Shown in pieces: positions 53,842 through 64,000 of a DNA stretch of 64,000 bases. Origin of the DNA: an uncultured Nitrososphaerales archaeon (GTDB lineage: Archaea > Thermoproteota > Nitrososphaeria > Nitrososphaerales > Nitrososphaeraceae); NCBI GenBank assembly GCA_963713605.1, contig CAVQMO010000001.1:192001-256000 (forward strand), given 5' to 3'. The notes under the pieces are model-generated. The model saw nothing but the letters and a program-made list of their open reading frames with translations. It searched no databases and was not told the origin of the DNA. Within the stretch, counting starts at the first letter, position 1, and each line of letters starts with the position of its first letter. The position numbers were made by a program, and so were the translations under genes.

Positions 53842-54755
53842 ATGATAGAAGGACTAAGTCCAATGCCAAAGAGAATTGTCATCAATGACCGGCTCGTCAG
53901 CCAAACGATGAAGCCCAGATCCATATCTTCTCGAAAAGGCGAAAACGGGATCATGCTCGTAGTTGGGGCAAGCGACATATACCATGGTGCCCCGTTATTG
54001 AGTTCGATGGCCGGTCTCAGATCAGGGGTCGACCTTGTTTATACCGGAGTACCAGAACGAAACGTTCTAGCTCTAAGGTCCTATTCTCCGAACATTATTG
54101 TCATTCCCTTCTCACACAATTCACTGGATATTACTTCCGTAAGAGAAATCCTTCACGTTCTTCCAAAGAAACCAGATGTTGCTGCCATAGGGATGGGATT
54201 AAATATAGCCCAGATCAAAGGACTGACTTACCTGATAAATGAACTTAAGGGTATGCAAACCAAACTCCTCCTTGACGCTTCTGCGTTAATCCCAGATGTT
54301 CTAAAACATATATCAGGAACCAACACAATAATCACCCCTCATCTTGGAGAATTCAAGCGCATATTCTCAACAGAAAGCTCTATCCAGGTTTTAATTCAGA
54401 AAAGGCAAGCCTCAAGAAATTGATATCACTTGTGGTTGAAATGGCAGAAAAATACGGCATCACAATAATCTTGAAGGGTGAAAATAATGTAATAGCGAGC
54501 GGAATTGGCGGAAATGTATCAGTGATCAAACGCAGTACCCCGGCGATGACTGTAGGAGGGACTGGAGATGTTCTGTCAGGATTAGTAGCAGGTCTTCTCA
54601 CCAAATTGGATCCATTTTTTGCCTCTATCATGGGCGTTTACTTAAATGGCTTAGCTGCACTGCAGGCCTCCAAAAGGCTAGGTTTGCATCTCCTCGCAAC
54701 TGACCTTATCGATAATTTGCCTTACGTGATGAAGAAATTTGATAAGATCAAGTAG
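53842..54755 (+). CDS. nnrD: NAD(P)H-hydrate dehydratase (frameshift near 54390)
   Basis: KGENG..LVVG....YHGAP, IGMGL, LDASAL, ITPHLGEF | ILKG, MTVGGTGDVLSG. Confidence 0.9.
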
Positions 54756-55212
54756 GTGGCATACTGATTCCTTATTCCGGCAAATCAAGCCGACTCCTTC
54801 TTGGTTCAATAATTGAGGTACGGTAAATCAATGAATCTAGTGCCTGACTAACTAGTGTGATAGACCATAAATTTGGTAGCAAAATGGCCTCACTCTATAA
54901 CCTCAAAGCCTAGCTAAGGGTCTCTCCTATTTTAGAACTTGCTCCTTACTTTGAGCCAATGAATTATTCATGTTCTCCGATTTTCATGGAGGAGGGTAGT
55001 CAATTTTTTTCTCAAAGCTTTTCTAACTTGATGCAAACTACGTTGCTTTCTCAAAATCGGGATGTGTTAAGCGTGATTTACTTCAAAGATTTTTTGAAGC
55101 AAGTTTGTCACAGTTGGAATATTCTGGAGAATTCAAGTCTCATTTGGTACAGGTTTTAACACGAATAGAATATATAATTGAAAAGGCTAGAAAACTTAGT
55201 TAAGGAACATCA

Positions 55213-55659
55213 ATGAGTAATCAGCGCATTTACGACCTTTACCTAAAGTATAAAGAAGTTTTGTATTTCAATAAAAACCTAATAATTGCAGGCATATCAT
55301 CACTCCTAGTTGGTAGTCTAGTTACTCAGCTATACTCGCAGACAGGAGGAAGCAATCTTATAAATTCCTTTGTCTCAATAGCTACTGAGTACAGTGTATT
55401 CTTTCCAATTTTCGGAATACTTTTCTATATCGACAATAGAAACAGGTATCTCGATCCAGTTACGAAAAAGAGAGATACCCACAAATTAAGGAGCGACATA
55501 AAGAAGCTTATAGCGACTTTTTCGGTCTCTGAAATAATTTATTCCACATCAAAAATTCTGATCCTTTATCAGCTCCTCCAGCTCAGCTATAATGTCTCCG
55601 TATCAGACAGCTATTCTAAGTACTGTGTTATCATGGATGCTCTCAGCCATCACTATTAA
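55213..55659 (+). CDS. GtrA-like hypothetical membrane protein (3' end possibly frameshifted)
   Basis: Hydrophobic helices in a GtrA-like layout; the C-terminus loses hydrophobic character near 55600. Confidence 0.55.
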   Translation: MSNQRIYDLYLKYKEVLYFNKNLIIAGISSLLVGSLVTQLYSQTGGSNLINSFVSIATEYSVFFPIFGILFYIDNRNRYLDPVTKKRDTHKLRSDIKKLIATFSVSEIIYSTSKILILYQLLQLSYNVSVSDSYSKYCVIMDALSHHY

Positions 55660-55801
55660 CATCATGATAAGAATAGTAAAACTAGTTAGAACCAATTAGG
55701 ACTTTTGCGTATAACATCAGATGAAGGTTAGCATAATCAATCCCTTGTCTAGCAGTCATCATGGTCCAAGCTGTAGGAACTAGTTGTCATTTCACCTGAT
55801 C

Positions 55802-57043
55802 TCAGAAACCAGCTTGGATTGGGGAGTCTGGTTTCATAATTTCTCGTAAGAGGGTAGTGGCATATGAGCCCTTAGGCAATTTGAAACTGATGCGTAGAGA
55901 TCCAATATGATTAAATCCCTTACACCAAAGAACCGATTGTCTGAATCCCCCCTTGACACTAAGCTCCTGCATATCTCGTATGTAGAAATCTTTTGGAGTC
56001 AGTCCTTCCTCTTTGAGTATTTTTTGTGATGTAGATTCGAATCGTCCTTTTCCGGTCTGAAACGAATATCCTACAAGTCGCAACGCGGGTAGCACTGTAG
56101 AAAAGGTGTCAACGCTGGGGTTTAGTTTCCTAATCTTTCCAAGTACATCATTACCTTCGATCTCAAAACACAAGTCACCATCCCTACATTTTGTTATATC
56201 CTCACCGCTAGATAGAGAATCACTAATACTAAGATTGAAGACATATGCTTGATAGGCCTGGACATACAATCGTCGAATCCCGATGGGGATGGCCCTTAAC
56301 GCACGAATATAGTCTCTCTTATAAAGTAACGATCGCACTATTTCTCTTTCAATATCCATACCTTTAGGCAACAGACCAATGAGTTTGTTGTAGTTACTCG
56401 GGTCCGATAATTGTTCCCTGATTTCTCTGCTATATACGGTATCATATTTGGTCGTCTCAGTTAGTAGCATTTCAGATGCTCGTCTAAAATTCCCCTTAAG
56501 TATTTCTCTTCCAACATTATGAGTTACCATCCTTTCACTCCCAAACCTCTGGAGACCATAGAAATTAGCTATCATATCCAATTCAGGCAGAAAATCAGTC
56601 AAATCTGTATGCTTGGGTTCAACTATCAGAACTGTAAATTGATTTCCCCAAAGATCCGATTTTGATAGTAGAGTGCTACTGTATCCTATAAGACAAATTT
56701 CAGTATGGTAAGTCTTGGTCCTTAGGGGTAGATTCCTTGTTTTCTGAATTGTGGTGGCAAATTGCATCGTGCTCGCCTTGGCATCTTTTATACCGAGGAC
56801 TCTTAGTTCCAAATTAAGTTGGTTACGTATTTCGATGATAGCATGATTGGAATCAATATTATGCTTTTTTAGAATAAAAATTGGAAAGCGATGGGTAGAG
56901 GTTGAATTCTTAGACACGTTTTCAAGGTATTGTTTATTTATGAGCTCTTTTACTTGAAAATCCTCTGGATTCTGTTTGATCTTTCCGCCTAATCCACTAA
57001 ACGCAGTACAATAGTGTTTAATACCGGCTTGCTGATCAATCAA
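55802..57043 (-). CDS. truD: tRNA pseudouridine(13) synthase TruD
   Basis: GG.IKQ.PEDF.V.E, GIKDAKA, GN.F, NFYGLQRFG, F.LPKGSYAT.LLRE. Confidence 0.96.
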   Translation of the reverse strand: MIDQQAGIKHYCTAFSGLGGKIKQNPEDFQVKELINKQYLENVSKNSTSTHRFPIFILKKHNIDSNHAIIEIRNQLNLELRVLGIKDAKASTMQFATTIQKTRNLPLRTKTYHTEICLIGYSSTLLSKSDLWGNQFTVLIVEPKHTDLTDFLPELDMIANFYGLQRFGSERMVTHNVGREILKGNFRRASEMLLTETTKYDTVYSREIREQLSDPSNYNKLIGLLPKGMDIEREIVRSLLYKRDYIRALRAIPIGIRRLYVQAYQAYVFNLSISDSLSSGEDITKCRDGDLCFEIEGNDVLGKIRKLNPSVDTFSTVLPALRLVGYSFQTGKGRFESTSQKILKEEGLTPKDFYIRDMQELSVKGGFRQSVLWCKGFNHIGSLRISFKLPKGSYATTLLREIMKPDSPIQAGF

Positions 57044-57155
57044 GGGAACGGTCTTTTCCAGGCTGAGAACCTCACTTCAAAGAAGATATCTTAAGCCTTC
57101 AAATCCTTCAATTCTAGTTTTGACAGTCATTGACAGCAGAACATTTTGATAGCTA

Positions 57156-57473
57156 TCATTTTGTAGCATCCAATTTTACACATCTATAATATATTGTTCC
57201 ATCAATTGTGACATCCTCTATCCTTATTGAGCGGAGGTTACCAATCTTGTTAGCCTTTCTATGTACAATAATTCCAGATAAATTACTGATTACATCTTGA
57301 AAAGACAGTTTAAGCATCAGGTAATTAATGTCTTCTTCTCTAGTACCTGTAAACTCTGCAATTTCTTTTACAGAGAATGCTTTATCGCTATTTCGACACA
57401 AGAAATCTACTACGATTCGGTTTAGGTCTTTATGCGCTTCGAATTCTGATGCATCGATAGGCGGAGGAGTCAT
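57156..57473 (-). CDS. hypothetical winged-helix-like protein
   Basis: IVDFL..N.DKAFS.KEIAE pattern; C-terminal beta hairpin. Confidence 0.6.
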   Translation of the reverse strand: MTPPPIDASEFEAHKDLNRIVVDFLCRNSDKAFSVKEIAEFTGTREEDINYLMLKLSFQDVISNLSGIIVHRKANKIGNLRSIRIEDVTIDGTIYYRCVKLDATK

Positions 57474-57583
57474 TAACCTGCTAAATAAATTGATACTTAT
57501 ATAACCGAATCTGTGTAAGTAGGACCATCTATTACAGTCCCTTTAAGTCTCTAAGTCATTGCCCAAAAAAGTTACAAAAAGAC

Positions 57584-58655
57584 CTACATTTTGATTCTAT
57601 CCAGCAACTCAACAACCTCCTCAAGGCTTGGTGACTCGGCCGAATGATTACGGACATAAAGCGAGGATGCGGCATTCGCGAACGTTAACCTGTCTACAGG
57701 ATCCAGACCAGCAAGATATGCAACGACATCAGCCGCGTCCCATACATCTCCCGCACCAGTTAGGGTTCTGATTTCGCTTCTGATTGTTGGAACTATTTCA
57801 CTGTCTTTCCCGTTTGACCAAGCCGATCCTAATTTGGTATGAATGTCAATACTTATTCCGATTTTCTTAGATAGCTTTAGCGCAGCGTCCTCGATCTCTT
57901 GTCTTGAGTACGATTGCCAGGGTAACAAAGTACCTAATCCCAGTGATGATCCGAGTGTGTTACATTCATTTTCATTGATACTAAGCACATCTACTAGATT
58001 TGATAAGAGAGCAAGGATTTCAATAAATTCTTCCTTCCTGAGTTGAAAATCAGCTGGATCAACGAAATGTAGAGCCTTTGGCGAGCTTTCAAATGCGAAT
58101 TTCATTAATTCAGTTCCTTTTAGGTTGCTTGCCCAATTCGCAACGATGACTGCGTCTGCTCTATTTAATATTTTCATATGGTTCTCTGTGTTTACTCTCG
58201 CTTTACCAAAGTCCGCATTATCTCCAACATCACTTAGCATAACATTCACTTTAGAATCGCCCCCCTCATTTTCAAATAATTCCATCGAGGTTGTTTTTCC
58301 TTGTATCCCCTCAGAGATCAAAATTTCTGCATTCTCTCCGAATTTTTGAAATGCGGTTTCGATTACAGATCTCGCAATATTATCCCCCACCGTGAAAAAC
58401 GCTACTCTTCCTCCTAGCTTCAGCTACGCTGTAGGCAATGTTAGCAGCATTTCCTCCCTTTCGATCGAGCGTTGGAATTTCGCGTATACTCCCTCCTCCT
58501 ACGCGAATCTTGTTAACGATCGACTGAAAAAGCTCATCTTGGGATTGCAACAGTAGAATTCGATCTAAAAAGAAATCTGGCATAGTAACTATCTGATTCA
58601 TATACGAATAATAGTTCTTGATCGCTAAGGATATGTCCATTATGGCTTTTTCCAA
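57584..58655 (-). CDS. PfkB family carbohydrate kinase (frameshift near 58410)
   Basis: GGNAANIAY | INENE, TGAGD.W.A. Confidence 0.88.
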
Positions 58656-58848
58656 TGATATTCCTCTTTCGGGAGAGGGTTATATTATTTGTCAACATTA
58701 AACAAAGGGACTAGATCTTTTTCATTTTTAATATACTACCAAACGTGAGATTGTTGAGTTCTATATATATACATTCAATTTCGCTCGACAAAAAAATCTT
58801 GCTTGAATTGGACTATAGCTTCCTAAAGTCATTAATTTAAAGACTGTA

Positions 58849-59409
58849 CTAGTCTCGTGAATTTTTCAATACCTTTTTTTCATTTGGAGAAGGAACAATT
58901 TTTAATTTTGCATCCTCGAATTGCTTTGTTAGCTCCTTTCCATTGAAAATTCTGTCCAAGCATATTGCTAAAGCAGCTATTTCAGAATGAGGCTGGTTTC
59001 CTACTGCTACATTGTAATCAGAGACTTGGTACAGCTCCTTAGGAACCTTAGAAGCACCCACCACCACGAGCAGCTTATCACAGTTACGTAATTCATCTAT
59101 GACATCATCTATGTTTAGACCGTACATGGTCAAATGAACGATCTTTCCGCCTCCGTTCTTCCAATGCTTTACTATCGATTTCCAATTCTCGATTATTTCT
59201 ATGTCAAAGTACCTCCCTCCCCATCTCTTTATAATCTCCTCAATCGTTGATCTAATCGATTTATCCACTTCATTCATGAAAATTCGATCACAACCCAAAG
59301 CTCTTGCTACCAGAGCAATGTGAGTAGTTACACGATCATCTCTGACAAATCTATGTCCTATTCTTAGAACCGATACCTTCAAACGAGATCTCCTAACTGG
59401 ATTATTCAT
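58849..59409 (-). CDS. trm56: tRNA (cytidine(56)-2'-O)-methyltransferase
   Basis: LRIGHR..RD.RVTTH.ALVARA.G, VHLTMYG, VG..KVP, VGNQPHSE.AALA. Confidence 0.96.
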   Translation of the reverse strand: MNNPVRRSRLKVSVLRIGHRFVRDDRVTTHIALVARALGCDRIFMNEVDKSIRSTIEEIIKRWGGRYFDIEIIENWKSIVKHWKNGGGKIVHLTMYGLNIDDVIDELRNCDKLLVVVGASKVPKELYQVSDYNVAVGNQPHSEIAALAICLDRIFNGKELTKQFEDAKLKIVPSPNEKKVLKNSRD

Positions 59410-59739
59410 TTCCTACTGTTATTCTTCATAAACTTTTCTTAACGACTCTATAAGGTTGAAATCTTGTGCACTGATTTGCTTCTGTTGTAATCAATGGAAC
59501 CATATTGCAAGTGGGACCTTTCACGCTAAAACAACTCTGCCAGCGCCGGTCAAATGGATGGCGTTAGACCAGTTTTCAGCTATCTGCCTAAACCGTAACG
59601 ATACCTGTCTTGCAACAGAAGGCATGCAGCGAATGCATCCGATTGAAAGTCAATTGCACAGACAGGTCGACTATTTAATTCAAGCTTCACGGAGGATCTG
59701 ATAGGAATATATATGATCCATCCAAGAACACTGTAACGT

Positions 59740-59833
59740 GCCGTCGTAGCTCAGCCCGGGAGAGCACTCGACCAATTAGTGTGGGGTGAAGCTGAAGACC
59801 GAGCTGTCGTGAGCTCAAATCTCACCGACGGCA
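59740..59833 (+). tRNA. tRNA-Phe(GAA) with non-canonical 20-nt intron at 30/31 (59771-59790)
   Basis: GCCGTCG/CGACGGC acceptor stem; removing ACCAATTAGTGTGGGGTGAA restores CTCGG-CTGAAGA-CCGAG; BHB with CACT/GGTG central helix and CCA/TGG intron helix. Confidence 0.93.
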
Positions 59834-60071
59834 TTTTCGGTTGGGGAAATTCTTATATCAGATCGAAATGGTAAAAAATACCCTACTTAATAGAGTATCT
59901 GATGCTCCATCAGCTGATAAGAAGAATTTTCTGCAATCACGTGGAATCATTCGCATTTCGGAAGTATAATGACTTTGACTTTCGGGAATACGATCAGTGT
60001 TCCAAATGCGGTAAAATCTTGAGGCATCTGAAGGGGTTTGACGAAGATCTGCGTGGCTAGGTTAATGAATT

Positions 60072-60284
60072 ATGGCAAAATCAAACTTACAAACCTTAAT
60101 TATCATTTGGTGGGTAGGTGCAGCTCTTGCAGGTATTTCTTTATTCATCCCCCTGTACGAAGTTTATCTCATCGTGGGGATAACTGGCTGGATTATAATG
60201 CCAATAAGCACCTGTTTAATCATCTACATGATCAAGAAGATCAAAAAAGAGGATCGAAGTAAAGAGCTACCTCAAAATGAGTAG
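60072..60284 (+). CDS. small 2-TM hypothetical protein
   Basis: Two hydrophobic helices and a basic tail. Confidence 0.7.
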   Translation: MAKSNLQTLIIIWWVGAALAGISLFIPLYEVYLIVGITGWIIMPISTCLIIYMIKKIKKEDRSKELPQNE

Positions 60285-60539
60285 CTAAAGATTTTCCTTG
60301 CCTCCTTGCTCTTCTATAACTACTAGTGTTACGGTGGAAGTTATTCCTGGGATTTTTCTAATCTTGTTGGTTATAGTGTGGTTCATTGCCTCCGTGTTGT
60401 CTGATTTTACTTTCACGAAAACATCATGAACACCATATGTTCCTCTTACTTCTTTCACGTCAGGCAAATTGGAGATTTCACTAATAATTCGCTCTTCCGA
60501 TCCTAATGTGCAGTTTACCAATATGTAAGCAGTAGGCAT
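60285..60539 (-). CDS. Lrp/AsnC ligand-binding-domain protein (no HTH)
   Basis: AYILVNC..G.E, V.EV.GTYG.HD..VKV, IRKIPGITST.TL. Confidence 0.9.
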   Translation of the reverse strand: MPTAYILVNCTLGSEERIISEISNLPDVKEVRGTYGVHDVFVKVKSDNTEAMNHTITNKIRKIPGITSTVTLVVIEEQGGKENL

Positions 60540-60816
60540 CTAAATTCCTTCTATATTCTTTAGTATTTTAGTGTTGTTGGCATCTAATTAGCGGCCTGAT
60601 TCTGCGATAATATGCATATCTGACATATAATCTTGAATCATTTTGTCTATGACAATCACATATTAATCAGATTCTGTGCGACAGCATACGAGATAGCCCT
60701 ATCCAGATGGACTGATGTTGAAGTTGAGCCATTCATCCTCTAAATTCCTCTCCACTTTTACTCTAATTCAAGATTGAAAAAGAATTCATATAAGAACATT
60801 GAAGTGATCTCATCAG

Positions 60817-61401
60817 ATGAATAAGAGGAAGATCATTTACATCTCTTCAGCCGTCGCAATAGCTGTAGTCGCTGGGGTTACCTACTGGGGAGTTGCTTCT
60901 AACAACGAGAATGCTGAAAGACAAGCCCCTGCGCCAACTCTCCAAAGTCCTTCAAACACAGAAATACAATCAACAGATCGGACAGACAATCCTATTGTCA
61001 TTTCAATCAAGAATGTTACGGTTGAACCCATAGATAGTTCACATTCCAATTTGCAGATTACTTTTGATGCTCATAATCCCAATAGGGGGACTATTATTCT
61101 TGAGTCAATTCAATACAAAGTTCTAGTTAACGACAGCGAAATTGCATCAGGCGAAATCGGTGAAAGGTTGGAAGGCTTTCTTGAGTCTCAAGGTAATGTC
61201 TTTCCAGTAATAGCTTCTGGGAATGTAACTCTAAAAGATATCGATCAAATTGCTCGGAACAGCGAAAATTCAGATATCTGGAATCGGTTGAGTATGAACC
61301 AGATGGAGTCTTACCAAGTGAACGGCACATACTCATTTAGCCAGACGTCTACACTTCAAGCTAGTGGAGGAGACCAATCTTTCACTTTAAGTTTTCCTTG
61401 A
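60817..61401 (+). CDS. membrane-anchored LEA_2/WHy-like protein
   Basis: N-terminal TM; F..HNPN...I.LE.IQY...VN...IASG; resembles 42572-43117. Confidence 0.7.
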   Translation: MNKRKIIYISSAVAIAVVAGVTYWGVASNNENAERQAPAPTLQSPSNTEIQSTDRTDNPIVISIKNVTVEPIDSSHSNLQITFDAHNPNRGTIILESIQYKVLVNDSEIASGEIGERLEGFLESQGNVFPVIASGNVTLKDIDQIARNSENSDIWNRLSMNQMESYQVNGTYSFSQTSTLQASGGDQSFTLSFP

Positions 61402-62061
61402 TTAAGCCGATTCATCTTTAGACTTGCCAAATAGACTTTCTATCGAGAAGCTGGTTTCCTTTCTTTCCATCATGTAACATCTCCCATAATATTTGCAAGT
61501 CATGCAAGTTTCAGACGGCTCAATGATAGGCACTCTTTTTTCTTTAAGGAGCGTACTCAGGACCCTTGCTCTTCTTATTAATTCCTCAAACATTTTCGCA
61601 CTTTTTGCTACTAAAAATTCTGAAGATTTCCCATCTCCTCGTACATAGATCAAAATTCCCTCTGGTTTGTCGAAAGCATAAAGACAGGCGTTGAGATACA
61701 GCAAATCTTGTGGCTTAGGAGAATCTGGCAAGGAATCTGTTATTTGCAACCTTACTACAAGCTCCTTTTCTAGAATGATATCTGCTGTAAGTACCAGGGT
61801 CAGATTATCAGTCTTATATTCCGATTCTACGTTTTCGAACGACTGTCTAAATCCATGCGTCAGAAGGATTTGGAATAGTTCTGCTGAATTTGAATTTATT
61901 GGATCGACTCTCTCATAATATGAAAGTCTTGTACACTGAGACGCTTCAGATGTATAAATTCTGGTCGGATCATTAATAATTCTTCTTAATTTTCTACGCC
62001 TCTCATTCAGGTAGGTCACTATCATCTTTCTAACATCCCTGCCACCTAACATGCTATTCAT
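61402..62061 (-). CDS. solo Cas4-like PD-(D/E)XK-fold protein with 4-Cys Fe-S motif
   Basis: IYTSEASQC.R.SYY at the N-terminus, Q...YLNA.L, G.LIYV, C-terminal P..EPS..C..C.Y...C. Confidence 0.72.
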   Translation of the reverse strand: MNSMLGGRDVRKMIVTYLNERRRKLRRIINDPTRIYTSEASQCTRLSYYERVDPINSNSAELFQILLTHGFRQSFENVESEYKTDNLTLVLTADIILEKELVVRLQITDSLPDSPKPQDLLYLNACLYAFDKPEGILIYVRGDGKSSEFLVAKSAKMFEELIRRARVLSTLLKEKRVPIIEPSETCMTCKYYGRCYMMERKETSFSIESLFGKSKDESA

Positions 62062-62193
62062 AGTACATTGTAAGGGTATTTGAAATTATTATGGGTAAAA
62101 TTTGGCTAAGCTCAAAATTTTCCGACGTTTGAACAAATTCGGGTAGGTTTAAATATTTGAATGCAGATCACATAGCTGTTTTTATATAAGATA

Positions 62194-63099
62194 ATGAAAA
62201 GTTCAATCCAGTGTCCCGTATGCAATCGAAGCAATCAAAATATTGCAGATCCTGATTCTGGCGAAATCATTTGTGGCAATTGTGGTACGGTCATTTTAGA
62301 GAATGTCGAGGAAAATAGAGCAGAGTGGAGGGCCTTTAGCGTGGAAGAAGCTAACCATAGGAGCAGAACTGGAATGCCAACGTCACTGGCCAGACATGAT
62401 ATGGGACTAGCTACTGTAATAGGTCGAACTGATAAGGACGCTAGTGGGAAAGGATTAGATGCCGTAGTCAGATCTACAATGGATAGATTAAGAGCTTGGG
62501 ATTTCAGAACACAGGCATATTCCCCTGCAGATAGGAATCTTCGACATGCTTTCAGTATTTTGGAAAGAATTAGAGATAAGCTTGGGTTGTCTGAAGCAGC
62601 TATCGAGAAAACCGCTTACATTTACAGAAAAGCCCAAGAAAGGGGATTGGTTCGAGGAAGAACCATACCATCAGTACTCTCTGCGGCAGCATATATAGCT
62701 TGTAGGGAAATGGGGATTTCAAGAACCCTTAGTGATATCTCAGATCTCACAAATATTAAGAGAAAAGAATTGGCAAGAACTACTCGATTGCTCATACTAG
62801 AATTGGATTTGAAGGTGCCTATGGTCGACCCCATAAAATGCATTGTAAAAGTGGCCAATAAGACGAGGCTGAGTGAACGAACAAAACGTGAAGCTATGAG
62901 TATAATGCAGAATGTTACGAAACACGGAATTTCTGCAGGAAAGGATCCAATGGGTTTAGCTGGCTCTGTATTGTATTTGTCGTCGAAAAACGTGGGAGAA
63001 ACCATCACTCAAATGGATATAGCAGAAGCTGCCGGCGTAACAGAGGTTACAATTAGGAATCGGTTTAAGGATCTCAAGAGTCGATTGGAACTTAATTAG
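62194..63099 (+). CDS. tfb: transcription initiation factor IIB (TFB)
   Basis: CPVC...D...GE.IC..CG.V, EWRAF, two cyclin repeats (LVRGR, GKDPMG.A), VTEVTIRNR. Confidence 0.97.
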   Translation: MKSSIQCPVCNRSNQNIADPDSGEIICGNCGTVILENVEENRAEWRAFSVEEANHRSRTGMPTSLARHDMGLATVIGRTDKDASGKGLDAVVRSTMDRLRAWDFRTQAYSPADRNLRHAFSILERIRDKLGLSEAAIEKTAYIYRKAQERGLVRGRTIPSVLSAAAYIACREMGISRTLSDISDLTNIKRKELARTTRLLILELDLKVPMVDPIKCIVKVANKTRLSERTKREAMSIMQNVTKHGISAGKDPMGLAGSVLYLSSKNVGETITQMDIAEAAGVTEVTIRNRFKDLKSRLELN

Positions 63100-63358
63100 A
63101 ATTATTAACTTTCCTCCTTTTCGCTTTTGAGGATTTACGGGATACTAATAGATTGATTTTCATAAACAGATTCGTGTTCGGAAATGAACCATGGCAAGCA
63201 CGAGTCCATGTATGTAGTTTATGATAGCACGTGTCCATATATGTCTTTTATGATGTTCAGAAACTTTTTACATCTTTTGGGATTAGGGTGTTTTTCTGAC
63301 GAAGATCCAGGTACTGTCGAGTACAGGTGAAAAATATAGTCACAGTAAAATCCAAACA

Positions 63359-63433
63359 TGCGAAGTGCGGGATTTGAACCCGCGATCCCGAGCTTGGGAA
63401 GCTCGTACCTTAACCAGTCTGGGCTAACTTCGC
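63359..63433 (-). tRNA. tRNA-Gly(CCC)
   Basis: Reverse complement GCGAAGT...CGAGC TTCCCAA GCTCG...GCGGGTTCAAATCCCGC ACTTCGC A. Confidence 0.96.
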
Positions 63434-64000
63434 GGTATTTTATCTAGCTTACGTAAGACAATATAATTGTGATTAACCTCCAATAATCTTTTCCTTCCGA
63501 TAATTATCCCCAATCTGGTGGATCGGTATATGCTATCTGAAATCATATCTCCCATATATTAAGAATCATTATACAACTCCACATCGTTGATTCGAAATCG
63601 AAGTGGTGTAAAGACTTAAACTCTCGAATTTTCCATGTCGCATGGGATTGAAAGGAATATTACAAATTCGATTTAGTAGGAATCCAGAGTCACAGTCAGT
63701 CCATTATGTACCTCGGTTTTCCTATTTTTAAATCTCTACAAAGAGTATATCATCTTCAATTACAACTGTGTAAGATGCTATTGGTTCCAGAAATTCGCGG
63801 AACCAAATCAATTGTCCAGTTGTCAGATCCCATTTACTCCGTGCCACGGGCAAGTGAGTTCCTTATTGTGTATTTCGCCTTCATTCAATTCTGCTCCTTC
63901 ATGTGTGCAAATATTGCCAGTTGCATAATAGCTTCCCTCAATATTTGCCACTAGGATTTGTCTACCTCCGACTGTAACATTGGTAAACTCACCTTCTTGA

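Noticed and set aside
63706..63954. 82-aa ORF at the window end
   Set aside because: No motif; it may be the shadow of a minus-strand gene truncated by the window edge.

Overview
Archaeal chromosome segment, most consistent with a soil ammonia-oxidising archaeon (Nitrososphaeraceae, Nitrososphaerota/Thaumarchaeota). The evidence is an archaeal exosome superoperon, a histone, TFB/TFE, a DnaJ-ferredoxin fusion, an Amt transporter and intron-containing tRNAs. About 16.2-64 kb is mostly core genome: ahbAB/chdC/sufC, rpo3-rpl18e-rpl13-rps9, amt, SBDS-rrp4-rrp41-rrp42-rpl37ae-pcc1-pfdB-xpf, csl4-pheA, guaA, tfe, truD, trm56, tfb and tRNA-Cys/Phe/Gly. About 2.5-16.1 kb is an accessory island at the 3' end of tRNA-Ser(GCT), marked by a 23-bp direct repeat, a third eroded att copy and two integrase N-terminal remnants. 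The island carries (i) an unannotated 33-aa Cys-paired peptide ORF heading a cluster of three paralogous unknown-function proteins plus a polytopic membrane protein, (ii) a bacterial-type REC-thioredoxin-reductase / cNMP-histidine-kinase pair, and (iii) a 153-bp-repeat BNR-like exported protein. A ~195-nt nested, structured-RNA candidate lies between the histone and nnrD genes. Many single-base frameshifts hit conserved genes, so uncorrected sequencing indels are likely and pseudogene calls need caution. All calls come from reading motifs by eye; no searches were run.
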